Of a stretch of DNA of 13,996 bases, positions 1 to 8,099 are shown one piece after another. The translations under genes were made by a program, and so were the position numbers. This stretch comes from a virus: UHGV virus genome UHGV-0150765; one strand, written 5' to 3'. The notes beneath the pieces are model-generated. The model worked only from the letters and a program-made list of their open reading frames with translations. It did no database searches and was not told where the DNA came from. Every line of letters starts with the position of its first letter. Positions within the stretch are counted from its first letter, which is position 1.

Positions 1-514
1 GCTTGTGTGTTACTTCATCAGCAATAACCCAGTCCTTAACATGAACTGTATTTGTACGGTCATCGCCCGCGGTAAACAGTTTGCGAGCATGCTTAAAAAG
101 CATATTCACTTGAGTATTGAATTGACAAGCAAATTTATCAGCAAATTTAGTTTCAGGAATGGTAGATAACCAATCAGCCAAATGGGTCTTTTTAACATCG
201 TTAATAATAGTAAATTCAACCAAATCGGTTATAGATGTCGCAGTTTTAATGAAGCTCGGCTTCATAAAGTTTTTAATGTTATCACGAGCTACAGTAGAAG
301 ATAACATACGAGAACGTTTAAACCATTCAAGCAAATTGCCTAACGAATGAGAATAAGCGTTCTGAGTATCTTTACAGATATGATTTTCCTGGCCAACATA
401 CTGAAGGAAATCACGAAGAATATTATTGATTACTGCTCTGTGTCCTATCTGATAATCACGATGTTTAGTAATAAGACTGTCAAAATAATCAATATAATGT
501 TTACGAGTTTTCAT
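1..514 (-). CDS. hypothetical protein, C-terminus cut by window start; member of tandem paralog family
   Basis: ATG at 514-512 on minus strand, frame open to position 2 (about 171 codons, no stop). N-terminus MKTRKHY... and motifs LEW, LSSTVAR, NIKNF match the 339-aa protein at 1628..2647. Confidence 0.6.
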   Translation of the reverse strand, partial: MKTRKHYIDYFDSLITKHRDYQIGHRAVINNILRDFLQYVGQENHICKDTQNAYSHSLGNLLEWFKRSRMLSSTVARDNIKNFMKPSFIKTATSITDLVEFTIINDVKKTHLADWLSTIPETKFADKFACQFNTQVNMLFKHARKLFTAGDDRTNTVHVKDWVIADEVTHK

Positions 515-568
515 GTTCTTCTCACTTGGTTAATGATTTATACTCCGAGCCATCCTTGGCTTTAAATT

Positions 569-1570
569 TTACTTAATTAACTGTAAAGCTTGTTCAAGAC
601 GATCCAGGCGATTAACAGATTCTTCCCAAATCCTTTTAGCCTGCTCATATTCTTTCTGTGCTTTATTAGAAATTTCTAGAACTTCTTTATAAGCTTTTTC
701 CAGTGCAATAACTTCTGGACGAATTTCTACCGGTTCAGGCGAATCGTCAAGACATTCCATTAGTTCCTCAAGGGTAGTTTCTTCTTTAGGAGTATTCACA
801 ATTTCATCACATTTTTGTTGGTAAATTTCTTTATCAGTCGGTGAGTACGCGCACTTTACTTCACGAAGGCTAATTACAATTTTATATCCTTCCCAACCGC
901 ATATATTCTTAAAAGGATATGTATGAATATTTTCTACTGTTTCCATACAAAGTAATGCGGTCTCTAATTGACGAGTTATAGTGCTAGCAATTGAGAAAAA
1001 TTTATTAATATTCTTTTGGTTAGTTTCTGGTGTAAAAAATTCATAATTCACAAAAATAGCTGCTTTATTTTTATCAAGTTCATATTCTTTTATGATAATC
1101 ATATCAGAAGCCAAAGGATGAATTTGACGATAATCGCCATAACATAATTTAGAAGCTGATTTTAGAATTTGCTTCTTAAAAAGTCTGAAATTACTAATCC
1201 AACGACGAGTAAAAATGTTCTCAGGGTCTTCTTTGACATTAAGATGATAAGAATTAACATCACCGAACCAATTGTATCCTACTACATCTTTAGTTCGTTT
1301 AATTTCTTTCCCAAAATTACCAAGAATATCCCGATTAACCAAATATGAAAGAAGACGAGACTCTTTAAAGGTTTTCTTGATAACATCTTTATCTACACGG
1401 CTAGAAATTTTACGAATTTCATGAATAAATTTAGCAGAAGAAACAATACTTGCATCAACACTATTGAGCCATTGATTGATAATAGAAAGAACGCTATTTT
1501 GGCCAAACATCGGTATAGCTTTATCATCAATAACTCTATTGAATGATTTGATATATTCGTTACGAGTCAT
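569..1570 (-). CDS. hypothetical protein, 333 aa, paralog family member with coiled-coil-like C-terminus
   Basis: Track ORF 569..1621 starts at an in-frame TTG inside the promoter. First ATG at 1570-1568 has GGAG 6 nt upstream. LFKKQILKSASKL aligns with LFRKQLKQILSTASRL of 1628..2647. C-terminal 60 aa are E/K/Q/L-rich. Confidence 0.75.
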   Translation of the reverse strand: MTRNEYIKSFNRVIDDKAIPMFGQNSVLSIINQWLNSVDASIVSSAKFIHEIRKISSRVDKDVIKKTFKESRLLSYLVNRDILGNFGKEIKRTKDVVGYNWFGDVNSYHLNVKEDPENIFTRRWISNFRLFKKQILKSASKLCYGDYRQIHPLASDMIIIKEYELDKNKAAIFVNYEFFTPETNQKNINKFFSIASTITRQLETALLCMETVENIHTYPFKNICGWEGYKIVISLREVKCAYSPTDKEIYQQKCDEIVNTPKEETTLEELMECLDDSPEPVEIRPEVIALEKAYKEVLEISNKAQKEYEQAKRIWEESVNRLDRLEQALQLIK

Positions 1571-1598
1571 AATAATCTCCTCAGTAGAAAGTAAGAAC

Positions 1599-1628
1599 AT
1601 TATACCACATCCTTGTGGCAAAGTAAAC
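1599..1628 (-). promoter_or_regulatory. T4-type early promoter for 569..1570
   Basis: Minus strand GTTTAC (1628-1623), 18-nt spacer ending in TGG, TATAAT (1604-1599). The -35 overlaps the stop codon of the upstream gene. Confidence 0.7.
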
Positions 1629-2647
1629 TAGTTCAGTGCATTTAGTGCATTGTTCAGTTTAGAACGTTGCTTTGTCAGATTTTGAACCCTTGACTGAGCT
1701 TGTTCTAACACCTTTTCAGCTTCTAGCACTTCATTGGTCGCTTTAATGAGTTCAGCATCTACTGCCTTAAGAGACTTCTCAATCGCGTCAGCGTGCCATT
1801 TTTCTACAGGTTTAAAATTTGAATTTTCAGTAGGAAGAAAACTCACTTTATTAAGTTTACATGCATCTATATTGCTTGAGCTATACATCCAAAATTTAGG
1901 ATCGTTTGATGAGTAATTAGATAAATTTAAGATATCTTGCACTTCCTGCTTTTTCTCTTGAACAACTTCGTCCTTTCTCAAAAATTCATATTTAAATGAA
2001 ACGACCATATCAAGTTCATACGTTGTTGTGTCTAATTTAAATCGCTCAAAACGAGGTAAAATCTTAGAATGAACACTAGCAACAACATCCATATACTTAA
2101 ATGCTTCTGTCAACTGTGATTTAAGGCATTCACAAATTGAAAGAGAATTTTTTGTGTTAGGTTTAAAGCTAATTCGTGCAGTTCTATTATTTTCTTTTAG
2201 CGGTCTTACTTCCATCTGGAGAGTATAACCGTCAAATTTCAGATTCTTTAAGTTAATATCAGAACCTTTTAATCGACTAGCAGTAGACAAAATTTGCTTT
2301 AATTGTTTACGGAATAGAGCAATAAATCTCCATTCAAGACGATAATGATTTGGATTAAAAAATCCAGTTGATAGATCGATCTTACTTTGACCGACGCCTC
2401 GAACAAATAGAGGATTTTTATAATCAATAGTTTTACAGAAATCGGTGAGCTGCTCACGAGCAGTCATTTGTGTAATATACCCTGCTTCGTTAAAATGACG
2501 TAACCATTCACTGCTATTCATATACTTAAAGTGAATGGAACTATTAACTCTATCAGGGTCTAAATTATTTTGACACAAAAATGTCATAACATCACGAGTA
2601 TAGCTGGCATTACGAACCATATCTTCAATTTGAGAACGAGTTTTCAT
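1628..2647 (-). CDS. hypothetical protein, 339 aa, paralog family member with coiled-coil-like C-terminus
   Basis: ATG at 2647-2645 with AAGGAA SD. Long ORF. Collinear similarity to 569..1570 and to the partial CDS at 1..514. Confidence 0.8.
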   Translation of the reverse strand: MKTRSQIEDMVRNASYTRDVMTFLCQNNLDPDRVNSSIHFKYMNSSEWLRHFNEAGYITQMTAREQLTDFCKTIDYKNPLFVRGVGQSKIDLSTGFFNPNHYRLEWRFIALFRKQLKQILSTASRLKGSDINLKNLKFDGYTLQMEVRPLKENNRTARISFKPNTKNSLSICECLKSQLTEAFKYMDVVASVHSKILPRFERFKLDTTTYELDMVVSFKYEFLRKDEVVQEKKQEVQDILNLSNYSSNDPKFWMYSSSNIDACKLNKVSFLPTENSNFKPVEKWHADAIEKSLKAVDAELIKATNEVLEAEKVLEQAQSRVQNLTKQRSKLNNALNALN

Positions 2648-2655
2648 AGTGTTCC

Positions 2656-3546
2656 TTAAGATTTAAGTAAATCAACAATTTTAATTAACTTTTCACGCTC
2701 AGATTTAGCTTTACTACTCAATCCAGATAGTCTGAAAATTTCATCATCATATTGTTGAATAGAAATATTCAGCTCTTCAATCTGCTTATTAAAATAATCA
2801 ATTTGCTCAGAATGTTTTTCGTTACTACGAACTGGCGCAGGTTTTGTAGGCAATTTAGTTGAACTGGATTCATCCGGGCGATAAATTAAAATACAACTTG
2901 AACCAATCGGACATTTTGCCCCAGATGAATATTCTAATGTTCCAGCTTCTTTTAAAACTTCAAAAGCTAAACAGAGATGATGCCCCATATTAACATAATC
3001 TGTAGAGCGAGCTCTGACGTAATAATCATCTCCACGAGTGCTAAATTTAAAGCATTTAAGGTCTTCTGTATTATTAGTTTTAAAAATCATTTGTTTATCT
3101 AGACCTTTAGCTAATCGAGCGCCTAATGCTAATAATCGTCGTTGATTTTCCCACAAATCCGCAATCATTTGGTCGAATGATAATTTCGGCATTAGTCGGC
3201 CATAAAGGTCATATCCTTTATTATAATTACGAAGGATTTCACTCGCGTTAATACGAGACAACGCTCCAATTTTATTAAGGGCTTTCATGATGCGATTAGA
3301 TAAACTCATTCCAGACCCATTTGTTCGCTGTAAATGTTTTTCTAATCCAAACCCAATATCAACTTTAAATTTATCTAAAATTTCAGCATGAACATCTCTG
3401 TCAATAACATTCAAATCCAAAGTTGGGTTAAATCTATGAAAAAAATTATCTGGCTCTCCACGACGAAATACAGTCCATTCATTCATCATTTTTTTATTAA
3501 CTAAAGATTTAATTACTGCGTTGACATTATTAATTACTACTGACAT
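2656..3546 (-). CDS. hypothetical protein, 296 aa, probable distant member of the same paralog family
   Basis: Track ORF starts at TTG (3567). First ATG at 3546-3544 has GAGGAAA SD. Weak similarity to neighbours (FNP motif; LAxxLxxxAxxLAKG region) and the same E/K-rich helical C-terminus. Confidence 0.7.
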   Translation of the reverse strand: MSVVINNVNAVIKSLVNKKMMNEWTVFRRGEPDNFFHRFNPTLDLNVIDRDVHAEILDKFKVDIGFGLEKHLQRTNGSGMSLSNRIMKALNKIGALSRINASEILRNYNKGYDLYGRLMPKLSFDQMIADLWENQRRLLALGARLAKGLDKQMIFKTNNTEDLKCFKFSTRGDDYYVRARSTDYVNMGHHLCLAFEVLKEAGTLEYSSGAKCPIGSSCILIYRPDESSSTKLPTKPAPVRSNEKHSEQIDYFNKQIEELNISIQQYDDEIFRLSGLSSKAKSEREKLIKIVDLLKS

Positions 3547-3553
3547 ATTTTCC

Positions 3554-3961
3554 TCACTCAATTTCAATTTTACTAAATATACAGAATATGATGGAAAAGA
3601 CTATATAAGCACCACACACAGATTGAACTAATACCATTCCAAAGAACCAGACAATATTATCAAACCATGTCTGTTTTACGTCGAAAGGACGTAAACTTAC
3701 AGTAATATTATCTCCTTTTTCTATTGAAGAATACATCTCCGGTGAAATATATTCGCTAAATCTATAACCGTCTTTGAGTTCATATACGGCAATAAACGAT
3801 AAACTAGACCCCTTTCCTTGAGTTCCTGTAAGGGTATTAACTACAGCAACATCATAATCTTTATAATGCATATAATCATTAATAGCATAATAACCATATG
3901 CAACTACTACACATAAACAACATATCAATAAATTCAATCTTTTAATTATCAACTGTTTCAT
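3554..3961 (-). CDS. small membrane protein, 135 aa, hydrophobic segments at both ends
   Basis: ATG at 3961-3959. N-terminal LNLLICCLCVVVAYGYYAI and C-terminal IVWFFGMVLVQSVCGAYIVFSIIFCIF look like TM helices. Stop is 7 nt from the next start. Confidence 0.7.
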   Translation of the reverse strand: MKQLIIKRLNLLICCLCVVVAYGYYAINDYMHYKDYDVAVVNTLTGTQGKGSSLSFIAVYELKDGYRFSEYISPEMYSSIEKGDNITVSLRPFDVKQTWFDNIVWFFGMVLVQSVCGAYIVFSIIFCIFSKIEIE

Positions 3962-3990
3962 AATAATCTCAATTAAAAGGGCTTAGAACC

Positions 3991-4015
3991 ATTATACCAT
4001 CCTTGGTATAAAGCG
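3991..4015 (-). promoter_or_regulatory. candidate MotA-dependent middle promoter for 3554..3961
   Basis: Minus strand CGCTTTA (MotA-box-like, consensus TGCTTtA), 12-nt spacer, TGGTATAAT (-10 at 3996-3991). No GTTTAC -35 present. Confidence 0.45.
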
Positions 4016-4016
4016 G

Positions 4017-4544
4017 TTATGCGAGTACCGTCTTTAACCGTTCTTCAAACTTCCGAAGAGTATTTTGGCGTTCAGCTCTTTGCTTTTTGTAAGTTTCAAT
4101 ACGCTCTGAAATGAGAGTGTATCGTTCATTTACTGATTCTTTCATAAAATCAGGAATTTCACGAGAAGCTTTAATCTCATCAAATTTATCAATAACAGCT
4201 TGCTCTTCAGCAATTAAGTTATCATACATCAAAATATCTTTCTTGATGAACTCAATATCTTCTTGAGTTACACGAGATAATTTAGATGCTTTATCCTTTT
4301 TGTACTGTTCGTTAGTATCACGAGACCAGTGTAATGTACGATTTTTATTCGTATTCTTGTAAATTTCTACAATACCAATCTCATCGATAATAACGATCCA
4401 ATTCCAACGGGATTTGTAAATTTGTCCTCCATTAACAGTGATTTCACCTCCGATTGAGATGTCATTAAAGAACTTGCTTTGTGCTTCAGATTTAAATTTA
4501 CCATCGTTGTAATTTACCAGGTTGAAAATATCTTTAGCGTTCAT
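4017..4544 (-). CDS. hypothetical protein, 175 aa
   Basis: Track ORF 4017..4604 starts at a TTG inside the early-promoter box. First ATG at 4544-4542 has GGAGG SD. The promoter at 4573..4602 would place the mRNA 5' end just upstream. Confidence 0.75.
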   Translation of the reverse strand: MNAKDIFNLVNYNDGKFKSEAQSKFFNDISIGGEITVNGGQIYKSRWNWIVIIDEIGIVEIYKNTNKNRTLHWSRDTNEQYKKDKASKLSRVTQEDIEFIKKDILMYDNLIAEEQAVIDKFDEIKASREIPDFMKESVNERYTLISERIETYKKQRAERQNTLRKFEERLKTVLA

Positions 4545-4572
4545 TTTGTGTTCCTCCGTAGTTGATAGTTGT

Positions 4573-4602
4573 ATAGTACCACAGAGGAACGGTCTTGTAA
4601 AC
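4573..4602 (-). promoter_or_regulatory. T4-type early promoter for 4017..4544, with conserved downstream box
   Basis: Minus strand GTTTAC (4602-4597), 18-nt spacer, GTGGTACTATACAACTATCAAC. The 21-mer at 4561..4581 is identical to 6000..6020. Confidence 0.7.
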
Positions 4603-4604
4603 AA

Positions 4605-4907
4605 CTAAAAGAAACTTCTTTCACAATTTTTTCCACTGAACCAAGCGCTCACTGCTTTCTTAGTCTCAGGAGCGGTGTTATCCATAAACCATTCAAAGGC
4701 AGCCTTTTTATGATTCTGGAGGGCTTCTCGGGCTTTAATCTGCTCACGGTCTATTAACACTAACATATGAGCCTTTCTTGTCACCATGGGCTTCTTATGA
4801 TTTTTTGAATACTCCCAATCATTTGTCCATCGCATCGTTGTTGCGAATTGAAGTACAGCTTCTTTAATCTTAGTTTCGTAAATTTCACGAGCCTTTGAGT
4901 ATAACAT
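4605..4907 (-). CDS. hypothetical protein, about 100 aa, predicted helical
   Basis: ATG at 4907-4905 has GGAGG 5 nt upstream; an in-frame ATG at 4919 lacks an SD. The 3' end runs into the -35 of the downstream early promoter. Confidence 0.65.
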   Translation of the reverse strand: MLYSKAREIYETKIKEAVLQFATTMRWTNDWEYSKNHKKPMVTRKAHMLVLIDREQIKAREALQNHKKAAFEWFMDNTAPETKKAVSAWFSGKNCERSFF

Positions 4908-5008
4908 CACTACCTCCATTTACCAGTTTAATTCTAGTCATCTTTTTAATGGCAGTCCATATAATCTATTTCTGAACTGCCTTTTTGTCTTAGAAGGCCT
5001 CTTATGAA

Positions 5009-5977
5009 TTATTTCAGAAGAGTAACCTCAGCGATTTCTTCCCAACCGTTTTTGTCGGTCATAATAAAGTCAGCAAGATAAAGTGCAGTACGCAGTGAAA
5101 CATTGCGTAAACGGTTAACATTGACTTTCATCCATGATAATGCTTTATAAGTTTCTTCATCAGAAAGACCGCGTTTTTGCATCATGTCAGTTGAAAGAAT
5201 AACATCTTCAACCCTGACCATAATTTCTTCATTAGTGTGAACACCCAAATCTAAATAAACTGAGCGGGACACTAATGCTTGTAAATGTGGAGCAAGTTTA
5301 GTACCACGGTCTAATTCGCGGTCAATATCAACGTTTGTGATAAAAACAATCGTTCCTTTAAATTCAAACTCACGCTCAATGCCTTTTTCTTCTAAGTAAG
5401 AAGATGCAGTGCTCCAGCAGACTTTACGGGTCTCTCCAGTGTCCAGAGCAGCTTTCAGAAGATTAAGAATGTCCATATCAGAGAAAACATCCACATCATC
5501 AATCAAAAGGACAGAATTCTCTTCACGATTATTCCAGAGCTGTTCATAAAGACCGATACCAGAGATTTTACCATTAATGCTTTTATACTCAATGTATCCA
5601 ATATCATTTGCTTTATTTAAAGCTTTATCTAAAGAATACGTTTTACCAATACCTGCCGCACCAGAGATAATTAATGAACGAATATTTCCGTTAATAATAC
5701 CATTCGTCATCATTCCCATAACATTAAATCTTTTATTAATGCGGGTTTTCATATCTTCATATGATTCTTTAACTTCTTCAACTTTTACACCATCATATGA
5801 AATGTCTGATTTGTAAACCCAAACACCGCGACGTTTACCGTCAATTTCAACAAAAACTTTACCATCTCCTTGTGCATCTACTGGTGCATTATCAGGGAAC
5901 CATTCACCTAAGAACTCAAAAGTTCCAGAGATTTCTTTACCGAAGTAGATACCCTTATTGATAGTTACAGTTTTCAT
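5009..5977 (-). CDS. P-loop NTPase, Walker A GAAGIGKT and Walker B VLLIDDVD, 322 aa
   Basis: Track ORF 5009..6043 starts at a TTG inside the promoter. First ATG at 5977-5975 has GGAG SD. Walker A and B motifs read directly from the translation. N-terminal domain of about 110 aa has no recognised motif. Confidence 0.8.
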   Translation of the reverse strand: MKTVTINKGIYFGKEISGTFEFLGEWFPDNAPVDAQGDGKVFVEIDGKRRGVWVYKSDISYDGVKVEEVKESYEDMKTRINKRFNVMGMMTNGIINGNIRSLIISGAAGIGKTYSLDKALNKANDIGYIEYKSINGKISGIGLYEQLWNNREENSVLLIDDVDVFSDMDILNLLKAALDTGETRKVCWSTASSYLEEKGIEREFEFKGTIVFITNVDIDRELDRGTKLAPHLQALVSRSVYLDLGVHTNEEIMVRVEDVILSTDMMQKRGLSDEETYKALSWMKVNVNRLRNVSLRTALYLADFIMTDKNGWEEIAEVTLLK

Positions 5978-6011
5978 TTTATTCTCCAAATCCGTATCAG
6001 TTGATAGTTGT

Positions 6012-6041
6012 ATAGTACCATAAAGCTTTATGCTTGTAAAC
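6012..6041 (-). promoter_or_regulatory. T4-type early promoter for the P-loop ATPase gene, with conserved downstream box
   Basis: Minus strand GTTTAC (6041-6036), 18-nt spacer, TGGTACTATACAACTATCAAC. Lies directly downstream of the terminator at 6062..6090. Confidence 0.7.
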
Positions 6042-6061
6042 AACTTTGTGAAAAATTTTTG

Positions 6062-6090
6062 AAATAAAAAAGGGAGCCCGAAGGCTCCCT
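6062..6090 (-). terminator. rho-independent terminator with UUCG tetraloop, after the NTase gene
   Basis: Minus-sense RNA: AGGGAGCC-UUCG-GGCUCCCU (8-bp GC-rich stem) followed by UUUUUUAUUU. Begins 2 nt after the stop codon. Confidence 0.85.
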
Positions 6091-6091
6091 A

Positions 6092-7105
6092 TCATTTATA
6101 ATAACTTCGGTGGTTTTCAAGATAGACCTTCTCAAGGAAGTCATCCCAGAAACTCATGTCTACTTTTTGCTGCATACCGTTCTTAGAAGCTTCAGTAGAT
6201 GCTGCTTCTACTTGATCGACCACATCTTCCAAAAACTCTTGAACCGTTTTAAATGGATGTTTACCCAACTTCACGTCGAGAATAAATGGAGCATCTTGGA
6301 GTGGATAAATCAAGTCGCCAGTTTTGTAAATTTCCAATAGTTGAAGTCCACCACGACAAGCATGACTCAGAGCTTTCCAGTCAATACCTTCATTGGCTTC
6401 AGCCTTACGAGCACGTTCACCATATTCAGCATCTAATTTGTTCAGTGACTGCTTAAGCTCAATAAGAGAAAGCGTTGTCTGATATTTACGACCCAACACA
6501 GTGTAGAACGTTTGTGGGCCTGTTTTCTCATGATTATGGAACACCCATTCACAGAATTCGTTTTCTGGAAGACGATGCTTAATATCTTCAACTTTAGTGC
6601 GACGCTGCTTAATAGAACCATCTTCTTGGTAATCAACCCATTGCTCAGGGATTTGATTAACTACTTTCAATACATCACGTAATGCAGCCAAACGAGAACC
6701 CTTGACACCGTATTTAGAAGCTTGCTTACGGACATATCCTAAATATGATTTCATGTTAGTCGTATAAAAACGAGAACGGTTGTCTTGAATAAACTTCCAC
6801 ACATCAGGCAAATCAGATTTAACCACTAGTTCAGGTGGAGTGTGAAGCATATCTAATGCTACAGTTTCACCATCTGCTGCTAATTTAAAGAAATATTTAA
6901 GACTGTATAGTTCATGGTCAATATCATCTTTAGTGTTTTTAGATGATGTGTTGTTAGTGTTTTTACTCATGTGCTCTTTGACATTTCCGATAAGAATATC
7001 GCGAGCAGGAGGAACAAAGATTTCTTTAAAATCTACATCAGATTCTGGGGTAGAAGTTCCATAAAGATGACTACCAAAATAGCTTTTCATTACTGTTTTC
7101 ATCAT
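6092..7105 (-). CDS. pol-beta superfamily nucleotidyltransferase-like protein, 337 aa
   Basis: N-terminal FGSHLYGTSTPESDVDF fits the minimal NTase signature G-S-x3-G-x5-S-D-x-D. A possible third acidic residue lies in VALDMLH. ATG at 7105 overlaps the upstream stop (ATGA). A UUCG terminator follows immediately. Confidence 0.75.
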   Translation of the reverse strand: MMKTVMKSYFGSHLYGTSTPESDVDFKEIFVPPARDILIGNVKEHMSKNTNNTSSKNTKDDIDHELYSLKYFFKLAADGETVALDMLHTPPELVVKSDLPDVWKFIQDNRSRFYTTNMKSYLGYVRKQASKYGVKGSRLAALRDVLKVVNQIPEQWVDYQEDGSIKQRRTKVEDIKHRLPENEFCEWVFHNHEKTGPQTFYTVLGRKYQTTLSLIELKQSLNKLDAEYGERARKAEANEGIDWKALSHACRGGLQLLEIYKTGDLIYPLQDAPFILDVKLGKHPFKTVQEFLEDVVDQVEAASTEASKNGMQQKVDMSFWDDFLEKVYLENHRSYYK

Positions 7106-7575
7106 TCAGCCTTATATTCAATAACAGGACATACTTTAGCTTTACGAGCTTTTAAAAATTCAACGATAATCGATTTCTTGGGTTGAATAGGAGGTAAACC
7201 TTTATACGCCCTATCAATATTTTCTATGTGTAAAGCATAATCCTTTTTCCATTTATAATCTTTATATTTTTCATGCAAATGTGCAGGAATAACAAATGAA
7301 CCAATAATAAGTAAAACAAGCAAAATGGCAAGTATAAATGCTGATGGAATAAGAGTCCATAAACTACCAAAAATAAGCCATTTCTGTATGATTTCTGCGC
7401 AGATGATAGTTAGACCTGCGAGTATAGTACATCCGAAAAAAGAAACGAAAAATGTAGGGATAACAATAGACCAAAAGTATGCACACAGTGTCTTAGGTCG
7501 TTTCCATTCGTCGTTAAACAGTTTGAATAATTTATAGTGCCAAGAGTTTTCATTAATAACCATAATTATAATCAT
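7102..7575 (-). CDS. integral membrane protein, 157 aa, at least two TM segments
   Basis: Hydrophobic stretches FWSIVIPTFFVSFFGCTILAGLTIICAEI and LIPSAFILAILLVLLIIGSFVI. ATGA overlaps with the genes on both sides. A second in-frame ATG at 7563 is an alternative start. Confidence 0.75.
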   Translation of the reverse strand: MIIIMVINENSWHYKLFKLFNDEWKRPKTLCAYFWSIVIPTFFVSFFGCTILAGLTIICAEIIQKWLIFGSLWTLIPSAFILAILLVLLIIGSFVIPAHLHEKYKDYKWKKDYALHIENIDRAYKGLPPIQPKKSIIVEFLKARKAKVCPVIEYKAE

Positions 7576-8093
7576 CCTTTCATTGAAGGTGTAACGTATG
7601 TTAAATACTTAATCATAGCCTCAGCTTCTGATTTTGACAATGAAATTTCTTCACCGTTTTGGCGAATAGAAACAAAATCTGGATGACGGTCACCGCCAGC
7701 CTTTAAAACACACATGTAAGTATCAACTTCGCCTTCAATATTTGAAATGATTGAAGCAGTTCCACATGAATGTGGTTGTTGATAAACTAATACAGCTTTT
7801 CTTCCACCGTTTGACTGTTCATAAACTTTTAACACATCAAACAAATCACTTCTTTTATCAATAGCTAAGATGTTGTTTTCATCTTCAATATTAAATCCTT
7901 CGGATACTTCATAAAGTGTCACCCATAAATCACCAATATCAATAACAGCGTTCACTTTTCCATGACTTTCAAGAGCATTACAAATTTTCTTAATTTCATC
8001 ATAACTCATTTTAATAATATCATCTCCTTGAATAAGGAAGATGTCATTTTTAAATTCAACACGAATTAAACCACTTCCACTTGAAATAAACAT
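7572..8093 (-). CDS. hypothetical protein, 173 aa, paralog of the adjacent 185-aa protein
   Basis: ATG at 8093-8091 with GAGGAAA SD. Shares GFNIE and a C-terminal SxxEAxAxxxYLxxVxPxM motif with 8100..8657. Confidence 0.8.
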   Translation of the reverse strand: MFISSGSGLIRVEFKNDIFLIQGDDIIKMSYDEIKKICNALESHGKVNAVIDIGDLWVTLYEVSEGFNIEDENNILAIDKRSDLFDVLKVYEQSNGGRKAVLVYQQPHSCGTASIISNIEGEVDTYMCVLKAGGDRHPDFVSIRQNGEEISLSKSEAEAMIKYLTYVTPSMKG

Positions 8094-8099
8094 ATTTCC

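Noticed and set aside
546-562. Small inverted repeat AGCCA-tcct-TGGCT in the 515..568 gap
   Set aside because: The stem is only 5 bp with no U-run on the minus-sense RNA. It is more likely incidental than a terminator.
159-565. Plus-strand ORFs 159..350 and 347..565 from the track
   Set aside because: They lie antisense to an uninterrupted minus-strand frame (partial CDS 1..514) that has a proper ATG and paralogs next door. No SD or promoter is seen on the plus strand. AT-rich DNA readily gives 60-70-codon antisense frames.
4545-6043. Apparent shared N-terminal peptide LYGTIQLST / LCGTIQLST in track ORFs 4017..4604 and 5009..6043
   Set aside because: It is the translation of the repeated early-promoter box (GGTACTATACAACTATCAAC) from an upstream in-frame TTG. 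The real starts are the SD-preceded ATGs at 4544 and 5977.
6094-6101. TATAAATG on the minus strand resembling a late promoter
   Set aside because: It is an imperfect match (last base G), lies within the last codons of the NTase gene, and would fire straight into the terminator 3 nt downstream.
6442-6636. Minus-strand 64-aa ORF inside the NTase gene, and the 61-aa ORF 11534..11719
   Set aside because: Both are alternative-frame ORFs wholly inside longer, motif-bearing genes, with no SD.
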